The notes under the pieces were generated by a model. That model saw nothing but the letters and a program-made list of their open reading frames with translations, made no database searches and was not told the DNA's origin. Both the position numbers and the translations under genes were made by a program. A stretch of 64,000 nt of DNA from Octopus sinensis (lineage: Eukaryota), in assembly GCF_006345805.1 (NCBI RefSeq), contig NC_043011.1, positions 3,596,001 to 3,660,000 on the forward strand, given 5' to 3'. Shown one piece after another: positions 1 through 11,622 of this stretch (positions are counted from its first letter, which is position 1; every line of letters begins with the position of its first letter).

Positions 1-34
1 CGGTGTGCTAACGTTTCTGCCAGCTCGCCACCTC
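1..34 (-). mobile_element. 5' head of tRNA-derived SINE family B, cut by the window edge
   Basis: gtgctaacgtttctgccagctcgcc is the reverse complement of the family B head at 4252 and 10817. Confidence 0.7.
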
Positions 35-799
35 CATTCTTCATATCATCCCTTCCCACTATATTTTCTATTAATCACCCACTTTGTGCCACCAGTTATC
101 ACTCTCTTTCCCCTGAGCTACATCTTATGACTTCCCATTGCTCATTCATAACACCCTATCACATCAGCTCTCATTCTCAATACCTTCTCTTCTTGATGAT
201 TGATAGCCCACCATCACCTTTGTCTGCCACCCTCTATATCCAACCCTACACAATTCCGACCTTCACCCCTGTTACTATACATCACCACCCACTCACTGCA
301 TATCTTCTTCCTGTTTTCTGATCTATCTACAATTTTCTTATACTGCTCCTTTCTACCCACTTTGTACTGCTACCTACCACCTCCTCATTTCCTGAATCTC
401 TAACATCTTCTTTCATCTACCCCAACCATACATACACTCTTCTTCACCATCCACTACACACACCTCTACCCCATTTCTAACCACCTATCACTCTTTTTTC
501 ACACTCTTATGAACTTTACCATCCATCCTACACAATCCTCTATCTGTATTCTCTCTTAAGCTCACCATTTTGTACCTTGAGTGTGTACTCAGGTACCTTT
601 CCACTTGCATCGTTATTTCTCTTTCCAGTTACTCCTAGCCATCCTTATATAATGCAGGGTCACTCTGAATCTTCTCTTCCGAAAGACACCTGCTGCTCTA
701 CATTACTTCTTGCTCAACTACATCTCTAATCAGTCAAGGGAGCTTTTTTTTTATATGCAAATTACTCTGCAACTTCACTCATATTAGTGTCATGAAGAT

Positions 800-980
800 A
801 AAGCACTCACTACACACTACAATGTGGTTAGTATCAGGATGGGCATTCAGTGATAGAAATCATGCCAAAACAGACATTGGCAATTTATGCAGTCTTGCAG
901 CTCATTGGATCCTGTAGAACTGTCCAACTCACACAAGCACGAAAAGTAGACTTTAAATAACTATGATGAAGATGATGATG
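800..980 (+). mobile_element. RTE-type LINE 3' tail, diverged
   Basis: aaagcactcactacac...gggcattcag...tagaaat...(GAT)n, the same motif as the copies at 7370, 32620 and 35580. Confidence 0.6.
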
Positions 981-989
981 CCAGTGGCA

Positions 990-1020
<31 letters not shown>

Positions 1021-1024
<4 letters not shown>

Positions 1025-1192
1025 AATACAAGAGTAGAAAAACAGCCAACAACTGATGAAGGGTCGTTCTTTATGTTGTTTGTCTTGTTTTCCCTTTGTG
1101 TCTTTTGTTGTTCAAAATAGTTCATATTCCATGTACTCATACTTCACATTTTTTGTTGTACATGTTTCATGATGTCCTGTGCCCACATTTAC
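1021..1192 (+). mobile_element. Short PLE-derived fragment in (TA)n with a partial hammerhead core
   Basis: Flanked by (TA)n on both sides; CTGATGAAGGG at ~1053 with no GAAA half; T-rich tail. Confidence 0.4.
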
Positions 1193-1206
1193 ATATATAT
1201 ATATAT

Positions 1207-1712
1207 ACTAGCAGTATCACCCGGCGTTGCTCGGGTTTGTAAGGGAAATAACTATATAAGCATTTTAGAGAGTTACTTCCCTTATAGATGCCAATTCGGG
1301 CTTTCTTAGCCATTTCTGTTTTGGTGTCTTCAAGCCATGAAGTCGTTGTTCTAATAGAACGCTGGTCTCCTTGACAACGCTTTACGACGTTGATTTCCTT
1401 ACACTCCCTTCCCCACAGCTTCACGAGGGAGGGAAGAAGGGGAAGAAGCAAACAGGTGCAGGTGTGACCATGGACGCCAACTCCGCCGCCATCGACACAC
1501 GAAAAATTATGCATTAAAATGGAATAAAAAATGATGTTAAATTATTTTTAAAATCGTAGACTCATCGTAGACGCACGCTAATATTCAGACAGGCTCGATA
1601 TGAATCACGACTATAAGATACCCGAATTTAGTTAAACTGCACCGCAAAATGTGGGAGTAGTTAGGAATCTAAATCGAAGGGGACAGACACTCACACAACT
1701 ACAGTTTTATAT
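1207..1712 (-). mobile_element. Non-autonomous Helitron
   Basis: Minus strand begins TATATATAAAACTG and ends in the hairpin CCCGAGCAACGCCGGG followed by CTAG|T, a typical Helitron 3' end. Confidence 0.7.
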
Positions 1713-1790
1713 ATATATATGTACCGATGTAAGTATGTACATACACGTATGTATATATGCATATATATATATGTATATAGATATATATAT

Positions 1791-2043
1791 ATTAATGGGG
1801 AAGGTCGATTTATGGGATTGCTGTGACTTTCCCATCCATAAAGAGTTTAGCTTTATGACATATCATTAGACCCCAAAACCTGCTGGCTCACAGGTTTTGG
1901 GGTCTGACGATATGCTATTAAGCTAAACCCATTATGGATGGGAAACCCATGGCAATCTCATAAACCTGCCTTCCCCATTAATATATAATCTGCTCTACAT
2001 CTTAGAGTGTGCTTCTTCTCAGGATTTATGTTTTATACAAACG
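1791..2043 (+). mobile_element. PLE-derived fold-back element with a degenerate hammerhead
   Basis: 92-bp imperfect arms 1791-1882 and 1891-1982, unpaired 3' tail to 2043, (TA)n flanks; GGGGT-CTGACGA(1904)...GAAA(1942)...ATCTC. Confidence 0.65.
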
Positions 2044-2051
2044 ATATATAT

Positions 2052-2595
2052 ATATTAGAAATATTGAATTTCTAAATGTCTCAGAGAGACATAAGCGGTG
2101 GTGGAGCGATATAGTGGTCATATACTGTCAACTCAATGTGACAGTCCCATAAGGGAATTACACCACCACCATTTAGCCCTAGGAAACATCAATGTCTCCT
2201 GTCGGCTTTGACACATTTTCTCTGCCCTTATATTTGCAAAGGGGAGGCAATCACCCCCGCAAGCCGGGACAAGGCACCTGAAGACATATGTTTCTGAGTG
2301 TATTGCTCATCGTCAGTTCAGGGTAGCCTGCCTCGCTCGCTGAGATGACTGCAACCTCTCTGTAAATATATCATATTATCAGTAAAATTTATTTACTGAT
2401 CACCGAAATTAGAAATATAAGAAGACAGAATATAAGAACAAATATAAGGCAAATATAAGGACACAAAAAATAAGGTAAATATAAGGACACAGAAAATGTG
2501 TCAAAGCCGACAGGAGACGTTGATGTTTCCTAGGGCTATATAGCGGTGGTGTAATTCCCTTACGGGACTGTCACATTGAGTTGACTGTATACGAC

Positions 2596-2603
<8 letters not shown>
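2052..2603 (-). mobile_element. PLE-derived element with an inverted 5' duplication
   Basis: ~127-bp inverted arms 2109-2235 and 2477-2603, tail 2052-2108, internal hammerhead, (TA)n flanks; relative at 58321-58565. Confidence 0.75.
2277..2322 (-). ncRNA. Minimal type I hammerhead ribozyme, canonical core
   Basis: Minus strand: CCUGAA CUGACGA UGAG caauaca CUCA GAAA CAUAUG UC UUCAGG. Stems I and II are perfect, stem III is palindromic, cleavage triplet GUC. Confidence 0.85.
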
Positions 2604-2630
<27 letters not shown>

Positions 2631-2659
2631 CATACATACACTAGTTTCAAGAATTTGTC

Positions 2660-2832
2660 AGTAAACATTATCTGTCCATGAACGCACAGACTTACTAATG
2701 AATACACCAAGGTCAACTTTGCTTTTCATCCTTTCAGATCGATAAATTAAGTACCAATTGCATACTGGGGTCGATCTAATCGACTGGTCCCCTCTCCCAA
2801 AAATTTCGGGCCTTGTGCCTAGAGTAGAAAAT
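2660..2832 (+). mobile_element. SINE family B-related fragment
   Basis: Central motif ggtcaactttgcttttcatcctttcagatcgataaattaagtacc...ctggggtcgat. Confidence 0.6.
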
Positions 2833-3594
2833 ATATATATATATAAATTTAAGTGTATTTTGTATTCTTTGTGAGTGTGTGTGTGTGTATACACACATAC
2901 ACTTTCAGCTTCCTTTCATGTGTGTGTGTGTAAATAGTGCAATATATAGATTCATAAAATCCTATCGTAACTGAAATTATTACATGCTTATGGTTGTGAA
3001 AAGGCTGGCATCCTACGGATATCAAGAGGTTAAATAAATATATTCACCTCTTATATCTCCTGACTTATGATCTCTCTCTCACTCTCTCTCTCTCTGTATA
3101 TATGTATATATATACATTCCAATGTACATTATCAATCATAAGTCTATAGTACACAGAAGATATCTATTTTATTTTTTAGTTTTTCTAAAACAATATTTTT
3201 GTTGAAATTAAACAATTTGTTGTATTCAAGCTTTTTAAAAATCGATGTAATTCCTCTATCCATAGACAAAATATAGTAATAAATTCTAGCATGATTATCT
3301 TGAACATTCTTTAAATCCTTCACATACCATTAGCAAGCTTTTCTGACTGTAAGAACTCCAAATTGCTCGTATTCTTCCTGAATTGCTGTAATTAAAGATA
3401 ACTTGGTTTAAAAAATTTCTTGAAATTCAGCTCTGATTTAATGATCGATCATAAATATTTAGTAGGTTCATGTCTGGAGTCTGTCCATGTGAATGAAATT
3501 ATCAATTTCATGATTTTGAAGAAATTATTTCTCTTACTCAGCAGAATGAACAGGAGTATTATCCTGTTGTTATATGGCCTGTCTGGAAGGTTTG

Positions 3595-3981
3595 TGGAGG
3601 CGCAATGGCCCAGTGGTTAGGGCAGCGGACTCGCAGTCATAGGATCGCGGTTTCGATTCCCAGACCAGGCGTTGTGAGTGTTTATTGAGCGAAAACACCT
3701 AAATCTCCACGAGGCTCCAGCAGGGGATGGTGGTGATCCCTGCTGTACTCTTTCACCACAACTTTCTCTCACCCTTACTTCCTGTTTCTGTTGCACCTGT
3801 ATTTCAAAGGGCTGGCCTTGTCTCTCTCTGTGTCATGCTGAATATCCCCGAGAACTACGTTAAGGGTACACATGTCTGTGGAGTGCTCAGCCACATACAC
3901 GTAAATTTCACGAGCAGGCTGTTCCGTTGATTCGGATCAACCGAAACCCTCGTCGTCATAACCGACGGAGTGCTTCCATTA
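3595..3981 (+). mobile_element. tRNA-derived SINE family A, tail type 1, full length
   Basis: A box tggcccagtgg, B box gtttcgattcc; 14-bp TSD gtctggaaggtttg at 3581-3594 and 3982-3995. Confidence 0.9.
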
Positions 3982-4251
3982 GTCTGGAAGGTTTGAATTG
4001 GTGAATAAAAGGAAGAGGCTACTCTTGTAAAATATCTTTTTTTTTTGTATATAATGTATATACACTTTCATCCCCAGGGTCAGTAAACCAATACTTTTAC
4101 TGATGAATTACCTCTATACCATTTTAGCAACAGCCCTGACTCTTATCAGTCAGAGGCAATCATCTCTACACAGTTTCTTTGATTTTCTCAGACATACTTA
4201 AAGTTCACTAGGACGCTTGATCTATTTCAGAAAATGGTATTTGGAAGAAAC

Positions 4252-4482
4252 GGCGACGAGCTGGCAGAAACGTTAACACGCCGGGTGAAATGCTTAGTGG
4301 TATTTTGTCTGTCTTTACATTCTGAGTTCAAATTCTGCCGAGGTAGACTTTACCTTTCATTCTTTCAGGGTCGATTAAATACGTACCAATTACGTACTGG
4401 GGTCGATATAATCGACTTAATCCGTTTGTCTGTCCTTGTTTTTCCTCTCTGTGTTTAGCCCCTTGTGGGTAGTAAAGAAATA
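4252..4482 (+). mobile_element. tRNA-derived SINE family B, full length
   Basis: B box gagttcaaatt; 16-bp TSD ggtatttggaagaaac at 4236-4251 and 4483-4498. Confidence 0.9.
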
Positions 4483-5257
4483 GGTATTTGGAAGAAACTG
4501 AGGTCCTTTCAGTATGTTGTTCTTTGTCAACAATTCTAAAAGACCAAAGTTTTCAAGCACAAGCTTTAAGACAATTCCTAAATCATTTTAGAGATCTTCT
4601 GATTGTGTTTCTGGAGGGAAATATTTTGCTATTAAGAAGTTATATTGTTCTGCTTTTGTACTCGGGGCTAATTTATCTCTATTTTCCTGGCAGCTTATCT
4701 TTTAATATGTCTATTAGAGATATGAAGAAAGCACTTTCTTCATAATGTGAACAAATCCTTTATAAGTTTATAAAGTTTGCTTTTTTAGTGACAGTTATTA
4801 AATGAACACTAACTCTGATTCCTTAGAGCCTACAAGAATAGTTTGCTTGTCATTCAACTGTGGTCTCTTGCTCATGAGAATTTTGGCCAAATCTTGACAT
4901 AAGCATTACCTTCACTCTGGTATATTATGGGAAGATATAGCTAAGTTGCCTAGATAAGTTCTATAGCAATCTCACATCTCTTGAAGTGGAAGCTCCATGT
5001 CAGAATGTATTATTATTGCATGGCTTTTTGTAAACCCACCCACCCATCCAGAATGTGGTGATTGTCTCAACTCTTCTTCCATATTTTAATGACTTACTTT
5101 CTGTCTCTTTTCTCCTCTGTAGAAGCTACAATTACTCACTACTCCCTAACTTTCCACACACATTAATCTTATTTTAGTTCAGCTTCAACAGTTCACCCCT
5201 ATGCCTGATTTTAACTTCTATGTACAAAGACCTTACAAATCCTTCAATTAATGTATA

Positions 5258-5500
5258 TATTTCTTTACTACCCACAAGGGGCTAAACACAGAGGGGACAA
5301 ACAAGGACAGACAAATGGATTAAGTCGTTCACATCGACCCCAGTGCATAACTGGTACTTAATTTATCGACCCCCCCCCCCCCCGAAAGGATGAAAGGCAA
5401 AGTCGACCTCGGCAGAATTTGAACTCAGAACGTAACGGCAGACGAAATACGGTGACACATTTCGCCCGGCGTGCTAACGTTTCTGCCAGCTCGCTGCCTT
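5258..5500 (-). mobile_element. SINE family B
   Basis: Reverse complement of the 4252 element with an expanded G run. Confidence 0.85.
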
Positions 5501-5889
5501 AAGGTATAACAAGCTTGTTTTTTGTTTGTCTTTTTCCGCAATCACAAAGACACTCTTCTGGCACACATCAGGGTAACAGTTTTGTAGCCCAGTCGCTTTA
5601 AGCAGGATCATTATTGTGTCTCCAAGTATGATTGGTAAGAGAAAAAATAACATTTGTCACTTACATTATTTGTTGTCTGCTGGAAGATAGTAGAGGTTTG
5701 CTCACCTTCTGGTAAAATATATGTACAGAGTGCAGGCTGCACCTACAACTAGCTGGTGGAAGATCTGCCTGGGGTTAATCTTGTAGTAACATTGAACAGC
5801 TATATTGATGTGGCAAGTAACTTTACTTGTTACTATAGTTACCACTCTCTTCTCTTATTGAGATTTTACAACTAGTTACTTTGCTCATG

Positions 5890-6145
5890 TGTGTGCATGT
5901 GTATTTATGTATGTGTGTCTTTGTATCTGTGTTTGTCCCCCCCCCACCACCACCATTGCTTGACAACCAATGTTGGTGTGTTTCATCTCTGTAACTTAGC
6001 AGTTCAGCAAAAGAGACGGAAATAATTAGTACTAGGCTTACAAAGAATAAGTCCTGGTGATGATTTATTCAACTATAACTATTCAAGGCAGTGCTTCAGC
6101 ATGGCTGCAATCAAATAAATGAGACAAGTAAAAGAATAAAACAAG
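5890..6145 (+). mobile_element. SINE family C (CORE-like), 3' half
   Basis: gtgtttgtcccc...ttgacaacc...cagcatggctgca...aagtaaaagaataaaa. Confidence 0.7.
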
Positions 6146-6150
6146 ATATT

Positions 6151-6190
<40 letters not shown>

Positions 6191-6197
<7 letters not shown>

Positions 6198-6405
6198 ATA
6201 CAAACTGGGACAAGAACGCAAAACATTTAGAAGACAATACAAAAAACACGGACGGGACATTCGAAACCTTCAATCTTCAGTCAAGAACCAGATCATCCTC
6301 GCAATTTCGGCTGATTAATCTTCAGATTGCTCCAACCTGGCCAGCCCCAAAGGAAAATCTAAGCCAAGCGCATTAGATTCCTTGGAAGAAAGCCTCAAAT
6401 GTATG
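6191..6405 (-). mobile_element. Microsatellite-adjacent short element, probably PLE-derived
   Basis: Abuts (TG)n; T-rich tail on minus; GGCTG...CAGCC-GAAA hairpin but no clean core. Confidence 0.35.
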
Positions 6406-7219
6406 GTTAGATACCTATATTTGTTTATTTTTTATGCATGCCTATATATATTTCCATGTATACAAATAGGGAAATATTTGGACATAGTTTTTCAGTTACC
6501 AATAACACCTATTGTTATTTTGGAGCAATTTGACCTCTGAACTAGAACTAGCATGTTCCTAAAATTTAATCTCTCTGTCAGTATTAATTAAGTCCTGTTA
6601 TTGAAACCAGTATAAAGTTCATCCCTAATAATTTAATTTTCTTCAAATAATTTCATTTAACTCTATTGTCAATGCAAACGTGAGTAAAATAAAGGATTGT
6701 ACCAAGTCTTTCATGCATACACACATCTTAAGAATAACTTTCTGTTACAAACTTCCATCCTAAAGTTCACAGGCACTTATCAGTAATTTCAGTCATCAAT
6801 CCTAAGATAAACGCACTTTTCTATACACAGTAAGCAATTTGCTCTGCCCCACAGTTGGGATCAACTCAGAATTTAATTCTAAGTAGACTGTCAATTTTGG
6901 ATAGAATCTACCCATTTATATCAGATAATATTTGCATTATGTAAAGTATATTTTTAATATAATTTACACCCCTTAGAGTGTGTGTGTGTGTGTGTATGTG
7001 CTCATGCATGTGTGTGCGTGTATCTGTTCCAGCTTTTGTGTATTATTATTTCGGATCCTGCTTTCTCATTGTAAAGTGGTAACACATCTGGTGGAAGATG
7101 TGGCTGCTAGCATCAATTTCAAAAACAAGTAGAAGCAGTTTCCTTTATTTGATTGGAAGCTTAGCTGTTACAAATCGTAACTGCATCAAGAAAGGCCATT
7201 TCTCTAATTGTAGAAGGAA

Positions 7220-7740
7220 TGTGTGGATGGGGTAGACCCAGGAAGATGCGGGACAAATTGATGAGAAAGGATCTTCAGAATTTTAGCTTCACAGAGGATA
7301 AGACAAGGTACTGAGACTTTTGGTGGTTTGCTGCGCTTGAAAAGACATGTCAAGCTGAGCAAAACCATGGCCATCCATGAATACAAGCATGTCCTCTACA
7401 TCTGTCTCTCAGCCAAGTGGTCCTAGTCTTGTGGACTCATGGGTGCAGGTGTCAGTGCTAGTGTCACATAAAAGCACCTATGCCAGTGCCACATGGGAGC
7501 AATTGTGCTGGTGTCACATAAAAGTGCCTATGCAGGAGTCATGTAAAAGCATCCAGGTTGGTGCCACGTTAAAAGCACCCAGCACACTCTGTAAAGTGGT
7601 TGGGCATTAGGAAGGGCATCCAGCTGTAGAAACGATGCCAAACAGATCAATGGAGCCTGGGAGCTTTCCAGTTGGCCAGCTCCTGTCTAATCATCCAATC
7701 CATGCCAGCATGGAAAACAGACATTAGACGATGATGATGT
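7220..7740 (+). mobile_element. RTE-type LINE 3' end
   Basis: Decayed RGRPRK-like ORF end, repeated gccac/gtcac...aaaagcacc units, ggaagggcatccagctgtagaaac, (GAT)n tail. Confidence 0.7.
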
Positions 7741-8044
7741 TACTGTCATGCCCCATCACTTGTGTACAACATGTGTGTATCATATATGTATGCACTGGTG
7801 GTCAAAAGTCTGAAAACACTGATAAAAATAAGGTTTTATACTGCAATTGATAATGTAGATGACAAATAAAGATGGTATTTTATGATAAAATTCACAGATA
7901 ACATTCAAATATCAATGTTATACTACTTACACTAAAGATTCCCACCAAACTTAGAAGCTGAGTTGTGTTTGATAGCCAGGTATTGAATTTGGTTGTCAGA
8001 GGCTGTTTGAGAAGCATTTCTTTGTTGTAGGTGCTTATCCCTGC

Positions 8045-8282
8045 TATATCTTCTCGGCTTATCGAAGGAGAGGGGCTTTCTCCGTTCAGGTTGCGGATCC
8101 GTGGAATAAGCTGCCAGACGAGATAATGAAGATGCTGACGACTGCTCGGTTCAAAGTCTCTCTTGACCAGAAATGGCCTGAACTCATTGCATGAACACCC
8201 TCCCTGTACGTAACTCCATGTCCCCCTACATGGCCTTGCTTTTTGCTTTTTGAGCCAAAAAATTAACTTAACTTAACTAATT
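8045..8282 (+). mobile_element. CR1-like LINE 3' end
   Basis: Translates FSVQVADPWNKLPDEIM...FKVSLDQKW; tail of TTAAC repeats. Confidence 0.7.
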
Positions 8283-8289
8283 AGGACGA

Positions 8290-8960
8290 TTACCAACCAC
8301 AGCTGTGAGATGGAGGTTTATTAAATGTTCCCATACCTTGTCACCACCATCAAGGACAACCTCTTTCTAGATTTTGATATTAACAGGCATTTTGAAAGAA
8401 CATATTCCACAATAGCCAGATCGGTAACACAAGCCTGGAAAGCACTGCGCTAATGTTGCACACTAAGGTTGCATTCTGCAATGCTTGTGTCTTCACTGCA
8501 CTGCTTTATGGCAGTGAGAGCTGGTGCTTCTACTCAAGGCAAGAGCAGAATCTCAACTCTTTCCACCGTCACAGCCTGAGATATCCTGGCCATCAAGTGG
8601 ACTTAATTATCAACAATGAGATCCTGGCTCTTGCTCAGGCACCCTTTCTCTTCTTCCAAAGACAAGAACGATGCCTCTTCTATCTGGGCTGTTTACATTG
8701 CATGACAGATAGGAGGATCCTAAGACACATGCCATATGGAGAGAACAGGCCTCCAGCAGAGGTGACTCCATTTTCGTTTCAAGGAAGTCTGCAAGAGAGA
8801 CATGAAGTCTCTTTACATAAACACTGAAAGATGGGAAGACAGGAACTTGACAATACAAGCATTGAAAAGATGAATGAAGTGGCAGATTGTATATTTGGAT
8901 TCAGGTGTCGCAGCCAGGACTGTCACTCGCATGAGCATCTCTGTAGTTCACAGCAGACTA
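8290..8960 (+). pseudogene. RTE LINE C-terminal ORF relic
   Basis: ORF 8453-8827 TKVAFCNACVFTALLYGSESW...LNSFHRHSLR, homologous to the 27604 RTE piece; frameshifted. Confidence 0.8.
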
Positions 8961-9096
8961 TTTGCTGCCAAGAACACCAAAGCAGGACTTTCTTGTAAGA
9001 TTAAACATATTCCTATCTCTCTCCCTCCCCCACTCTCTCTCCTTCTCCCTCTTCCCCTCTCTCTCTCTCTTTCTCTCTCTCTCGCTTTCTCTCTCG

Positions 9097-9142
<46 letters not shown>

Positions 9143-9499
9143 CATTGTTTAGCATCTGCCTTACATATATATTTGTGTGTGTGTGTAAAATGGATGAAAA
9201 TACACAGTAGAATTAAAAGAACTGTGATCTTATTTTAGAAAAATTAAAAGATAAAGTACAAATGTAATATTTAATTTAGATATATCAAATATTCTTAACC
9301 TACATTTTAACTGGTTTCATCTATTCAAAGGAACTTATCAAAGGAAAATGCTGTTGTAACTACAGTATTTGAAGTATATAGTGTTGAAATTGTTGCAGCT
9401 AGACAGAGAACTAGGGTGTCAGGTGAGAAGACAAAAAATGTTCACTAAAAAATTTGAGGGAAAGTATATGATTTTTAAACAGTATGTGTATATCTTTAT

Positions 9500-10615
9500 G
9501 CCCATGTTTGTCTCCCCAGCATCGCCTGACAATCAATGCTGGTGTGTTTACGTCCCTGTAACTTAGTTCAGCAAAAGAGACAGACAGAATAAGTTCTAGG
9601 CTTACAAATGTTAGTCCTGGGGTTGATTTCTTCAACTACAAAAATATCTTTTAACCCTTTCGTTACTGTATTTATTTTGAGATGCTCTGTATTTCTTTCG
9701 ATTACTTTAAATATAACAAAGAATTTAGTAAAATAACTTGGTTATCATTCAGCTAGTGTTAGGAACATAAATTGTGACTAAGGTTTGGCGGAAGATTTTA
9801 ATTCAAAACTTATGAAAATAAGACATTTATACTCAGAGCCAGAGGCGGTTTCAGCCAGATTGGTATCAAAAGGGTTAAATATAACAAAGAATTTAGTAAA
9901 ATAACTTAGTTATCATTCAGCTAGTGTTAGGAACATAAATTGTGACTAAGGTTTGGTGGAAGATTTTAATTCAAAACTTATGAAAACAAGACATTTGTAC
10001 TACAGAGCCAGAGGCGGTTTCAGCCAGGTTAGTATCAAAAGGGTTAAATATAACAAAGAATTTAGTAAAATAACTTAGTTATCATTCAGCTAGTGTTAGG
10101 AACATAAATTGTGACTAAGTTTTGGTGGAAGATTTTAATTCAAAACTTATGAAAACAAGACATTTGTACTACAGAGCCAGAGGCAGTTTCAGCCAGGTTA
10201 GTATCAAAAGGGTTAAATATAACAAAGAATTTAGTAAAATAACTTAGTTATCATTCAGCTAGTGTTAGGAACATAAATTGTGACTAAGTTTTGGTGGAAG
10301 ATTTTAATTCAAAACTTATGAAAACAAGACATTTGTACTACAGAGCCAGAGGCAGTTTCAGCCAGGTTAGTATCAAAAGGGTTAAATATAACAAAGAATT
10401 TAGTAAAATAACTTAGTTATCATTCAGCTAGTGTTAGGAACATAAATTGTGACTAAGTTTTGGTGGAAGATTTTAATTCAAAACTTATGAAAATAAGACA
10501 TTTGTACTCAGAGCCAAAGCTGGTTTCAGTCGGGTTGGTAACAAAAGGGCTAAGGTGGTGCTTCAATATGGTGGCAGCCAAATGACAGAAACAAGTAAAA
10601 GAAAAGTAAAAGAAT
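9500..10615 (+). mobile_element. SINE family C 3' half split by a MITE array
   Basis: SINE sequence stops at TTAA 9651 and resumes ggtggtgcttcaatatgg at 10554. Confidence 0.7.
9651..10553. repeat. piggyBac-type MITE with five tandem ~169-bp units
   Basis: TTAA-CCCTTT left end; unit junctions at TTAA 9707, 9875, 10044, 10213, 10382 and CTAA 10550; single-unit copy at 39781-40008. Confidence 0.9.
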
Positions 10616-10619
10616 AAAA

Positions 10620-11450
10620 TATCTGAAAATGTTGAGACATTTTAGGCTACAAATATTTTGATCATTCCATGCATTCTCTCCAGCATCCAGATAAGGGATG
10701 ATCTGTGCCGTTACCCATTTTAGCAGTATCATAAGCTTTAAGTCAAGTTTCATACATTTTGCAGAGTGCAGTATGTGTCATCCTGTTGGAATGTGATGCG
10801 GTATTGGGCGATATAAGGTGGCGAGCTGGCAGAAGCGTTAGCATGCCGGGCGAAATGCTTAGCGGTATTTCGTCTGCGTTACGTTGTGAGTTCGAATTCC
10901 GCCGAGGTCGACTTTGCCTTTCATCCTTTCAGGGTCAATAAATTAAGTACCAGTTACGCACTGGGGTCGATGTAATCGACTTAATACCTATGTCTGTCCT
11001 TGTTTGTCCCCTCTGTGTTTAGCCCCTTGTGGGTAATAAAGAAATAGGTATTGGGCGATCATATGAGCAGACAGTTTCTTATTCAAAATATCCAGGTGGG
11101 GTTTAGAATGCATCATTTTTACCTTGAGGCATTCTCTAATATCCAGCTGCCCCTTTTGCTGGAATTACATCAATTCATAATGAACAGGCATTGCTTGAAT
11201 CTTGCAAATGAGTCCCTGATTTTGTATGTGGAGTTTGATAGACAATAATGCGAAGGAGTATTAGATGTAAACTGCTTAACAGATGTTTTATTGCTAAATG
11301 TGATCAGTCAGTCCTTTGTAATTCAATTTTTATGTGAAATGGCATAAAATTCTTGATATAATAGTGTTTTTTTCATTCAATATCATGCAACTAGATGGCA
11401 GTCTTCCAGTGATCAATGACCTTCTGTCATATTGCTGCATTTTGCTTCAC
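10620..11450 (-). pseudogene. Degraded Tc1-family transposase
   Basis: Minus-strand remnants LDILNKKL, FQQDD, LLKW and ENAW; interrupted by a SINE. Confidence 0.55.
10817..11046 (+). mobile_element. SINE family B, full length
   Basis: TSD ggtattgggcgat at 10800-10812 and 11047-11059. Confidence 0.9.
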
Positions 11451-11622
11451 TGGCAAATGGACTGATGAAATACTGCTAGATGAGAAAGGGGATAGAAAAG
11501 AAGGGCAATGAATCATTTCATTGGTTTGCAAACTAATGACACAATATCAGCCTGATCTGTCAAATGAATTGCATCTACCTACCAGACGAAGTTGTAACCA
11601 ACCTTTCTGGACAGCACTATCA

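Larger units (their letters stand above)
3200..4760 (-). pseudogene. Degraded Tc1-family transposase interrupted by two SINEs
   Basis: Minus-strand remnants QQDNTPVHSA, TPDMN, LITAIQEE and DILQE match the Tc1 DDE domain; many stops and frameshifts. Confidence 0.6.

Noticed and set aside
3595-3670. tRNA genes at SINE heads
   Set aside because: A and B boxes are present but there is no complete cloverleaf, and each runs into a SINE body, often with TSDs.
6270-6345. Hammerhead from CUGAAGA...GAAA on minus
   Set aside because: No stem II between the two motifs and no stem I or cleavage triplet; kept only as a possible PLE fragment.
9651-10553. CRISPR-like array
   Set aside because: Full-length tandem units with no unique spacers, MITE termini and a eukaryotic context.
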